64,000 bases of DNA from Takakia lepidozioides (lineage: Eukaryota; Plantae; Bryophyta): contig CM060732.1 of NCBI GenBank assembly GCA_030704615.1, forward strand, positions 2,604,001 to 2,668,000, in the 5' to 3' direction. Made by a program: the position numbers and the translations under genes. Within the stretch, counting starts at the first letter, position 1, and the number at the start of each line of letters is the position of its first letter. Positions 61,651-64,000 of this stretch are shown here, piece after piece. The notes beneath the pieces are model-generated. The model was not told the DNA's origin and ran no database searches. It saw only the letters and a program-made list of their open reading frames with translations.

Positions 61651-62199
61651 GAATTACAGAAGCAAAATGGGGGGTTCGGTGCTCGATCAGCTGCGCGCAG
61701 CCCGATCGCATGGAGCTCTCACTGGTGGCTGGGTTGCCTGAGTGGCCTGCTGCTCGGAGATGGCAATCTCCTCCTGTAGACGCATCTGCTTCCTCCCCTT
61801 CGGCATTGGCCTACGTCCGAAGTATAATTTCCGGAGCTTGCGACGAGGTCTCCTGTCTGGTGCACGAACTCCCCCCTCTCAGGTTCGAGCATAAGAAGAA
61901 CAGAGAGAGGGAAAAGGGGCAAAGAGTGCAGATGGAAAGGGCGCGAGAGGGGTGACTGAGGAGACACGACAAAAGTAGATGAAACGGCGGTGATGCACCA
62001 CTTGGGTTCGAAAGGGTTGGACGAAAGTGTCTCCTCGTGGAGTTTGCGTCATTACGAAATTCGAATCGTTCAGGGTACGCCTGCCGTCCGAAAAACAAAC
62101 ATCATTATCCAACGGTCAGGCCGCGCCGCCTCATGCCCCTTCAGTCAGATAGAGTGCCGACATGTGCAGCAATTCCGTTGCTCCACGTGTTCACATTTC

Positions 62200-63730
62200 A
62201 AGGCATTTCCGTCCCAGCGTCTGATGAGTTGGAGCGAAAATGCGAATGCGGCGCCGCATTTCCGTTAAGTACCATCACGAAGCTACACATCCGTACTTGT
62301 TGGAAGAAAACCGCACCCATTCCGTTCCACACATACCTTAGTTGTTGAACGGAATACGGTGCCGCATTTCCGTCCCACAGCTCCATGTATGAGATTACAA
62401 AAGGGAAATGCGGCGCCGCATTTCCGTTCTGGAATGTCGAAAGGTGCGATTCGGACGGAAATGAGGCACAACATTTCAGTTCCCGTGGTTCATGATTTTC
62501 AATGTGAACGGAAATGCGGTACCGCATTTCCGTTCCCCTTCACATACGTTAGTTGATGAACGGAAATGCCGTGCCACATTTCCGTTCGGGAAAGTATAGA
62601 GGTCTCACCTGGACAGAAATGCGGTGCGCATTTCCGGTCTGGAAAGTTTGAAGGTCTCACATGGATGGAAATGCGGCACACATTTCCGTAGCACAGCTCC
62701 AGGCCCATATACAAAACGGAAATGCGGCGCCGCATTTCCGTTCTAGAATGTCGGAAGGTGCGACTCGGACGGAAATGCGGTGCCGCATTTCTGTTCCCGT
62801 TGCGCACGATTTTCAGTCAGAACGGAAATGCGGTACCGCATTTCCGTTCTGTAGAGTATTAACGTCTGACGCTGGCGGAAATGCTGTGCCGCATTTTCGT
62901 TCCACAGCTCCATGCCTCACATACAAAACGGAAATGCGGCGCCGCATTTCCGTTTCACTCCGACGGAAATGCGTTTCACGATTTCAGGGAACGGAAATGC
63001 GGTGCCGCATTTTCGTTCTGGAATGTTGGAGGTGCGACTCGGATGGAAATGCGCTGCCGCATTTCAGTTCCGATGGTTCACGATTTTCAGTCAGAACGGA
63101 ATGCGGTCGCATTTCCGTTCTGGATGAATGTCTCAAGCGGTCGGAATTGCGCTGTTCAAGCTGTCGGAATCGCACTCGGCTCCAGCATCAGATACAAAAA
63201 TGGAAATGCGGCGCCGCATTTCCGTTCTGGAATGTCGGAAAGTGCGACTCGGAAGAAATGCGGTGCCGCATTTCTGTTCCCGTTGTTCATAATTCTCAAT
63301 CAGAACGGAATGCGGTACCGCATTTCCGTTCCACCTTCACATACGTGCCGGTCATTTCCGTTATGGAGAGTATGAATGTCTTTTAAGGACGGAAATGTGC
63401 TGCAGCATTTCTATCCCTCAGCTCCATGCATCAGATACAAAATGGAAATGCGGCGCCGCATTTCCGTTCTGGAATGTCGGAAAAGTGCGACTCGGACGGA
63501 AATGCGGTGCCGCATTTCTGTTCCCGTTGTTCAAATCTCAATCAGAACGGAAATGCGGTACCGCATTTCCGTTCCACCTTCACATACCGTGCTTGCTGGA
63601 TGGAAATGCGTTACCGCATTTCCGTTCTGGAGAGTATAAAGGTTTCCCCGGACGGAAACTCGGTCCGCATTTCCGTCGCTCTGGTGCATGACCAAGAGCA
63701 ATACGGAAATGCGGCGCCGTATTTTCCGTC
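62200..63730. repeat. Main A-type palindrome array, second copy; transposase upstream region follows to the window end
   Basis: Direct repeat of 25490-27270 with unit gain/loss. Confidence 0.93.
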
Positions 63731-64000
63731 CACCAGCAATCGAAAGAATCACTCGGGACGGGAAATCTGGAACCTCAATGGGTTGCATTGTTCCGAAACA
63801 ACACATTGCGGCCAGTCTTGATGAGCACAACTTGGTTGTCTGACCGTTTTAACACAGTCCTGGCACTTGTCAGTGCGAACGTTCCTGTCTGCACCGAGAA
63901 TACTGCTGGATCCACCCTCAGGAGAAACTGTCAGGAGATGTTATTTCGTCGCCGAATCGGGCCATCATTGTCATACTTACTGGCTATGGAATCAAACCTC

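Overview
Repeat-dense eukaryotic DNA, probably from a non-seed land plant (PLS-type PPR and GH17 fragments, GT-AG introns). Almost all of it is nested, fragmented and inverted transposons. The main component is a Mutator-like (MULE) DNA transposon family with a GCM-like Zn domain / DDE / SWIM transposase and GGGGGCTGCTATTTCATGAGC-type TIRs, present as subfamily A (several fragments) and subfamily B (one TIR/TSD-bounded 5.9-kb copy). The family carries unusual cargo: (1) a spliced gene joining a ParB/Srx-like domain (DGNHR) to a beta-class amino-(N6A/N4C) DNA-methyltransferase fold; (2) a head-to-head pair of paralogous unknown genes (Y/Y'); (3) arrays of a 22-bp palindrome, GGAAATGCGGCGCCGCATTTCC, spaced about 52-53 bp apart, with single copies in introns and a different variant in subfamily B. 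Also present: a Ty3/gypsy element (three LTR copies, PBS, PPT, GTGAT TSD) that has taken in part of the MULE cargo, a second LTR family (a solo LTR and a 3' remnant), a circularly permuted 3.3-kb non-coding unit, a 54-bp minisatellite and a PPR::beta-1,3-glucanase chimeric fragment. Most ORFs carry frameshifts, from decay and/or homopolymer sequencing error. All domain calls come from motif recognition by eye, not database searches.
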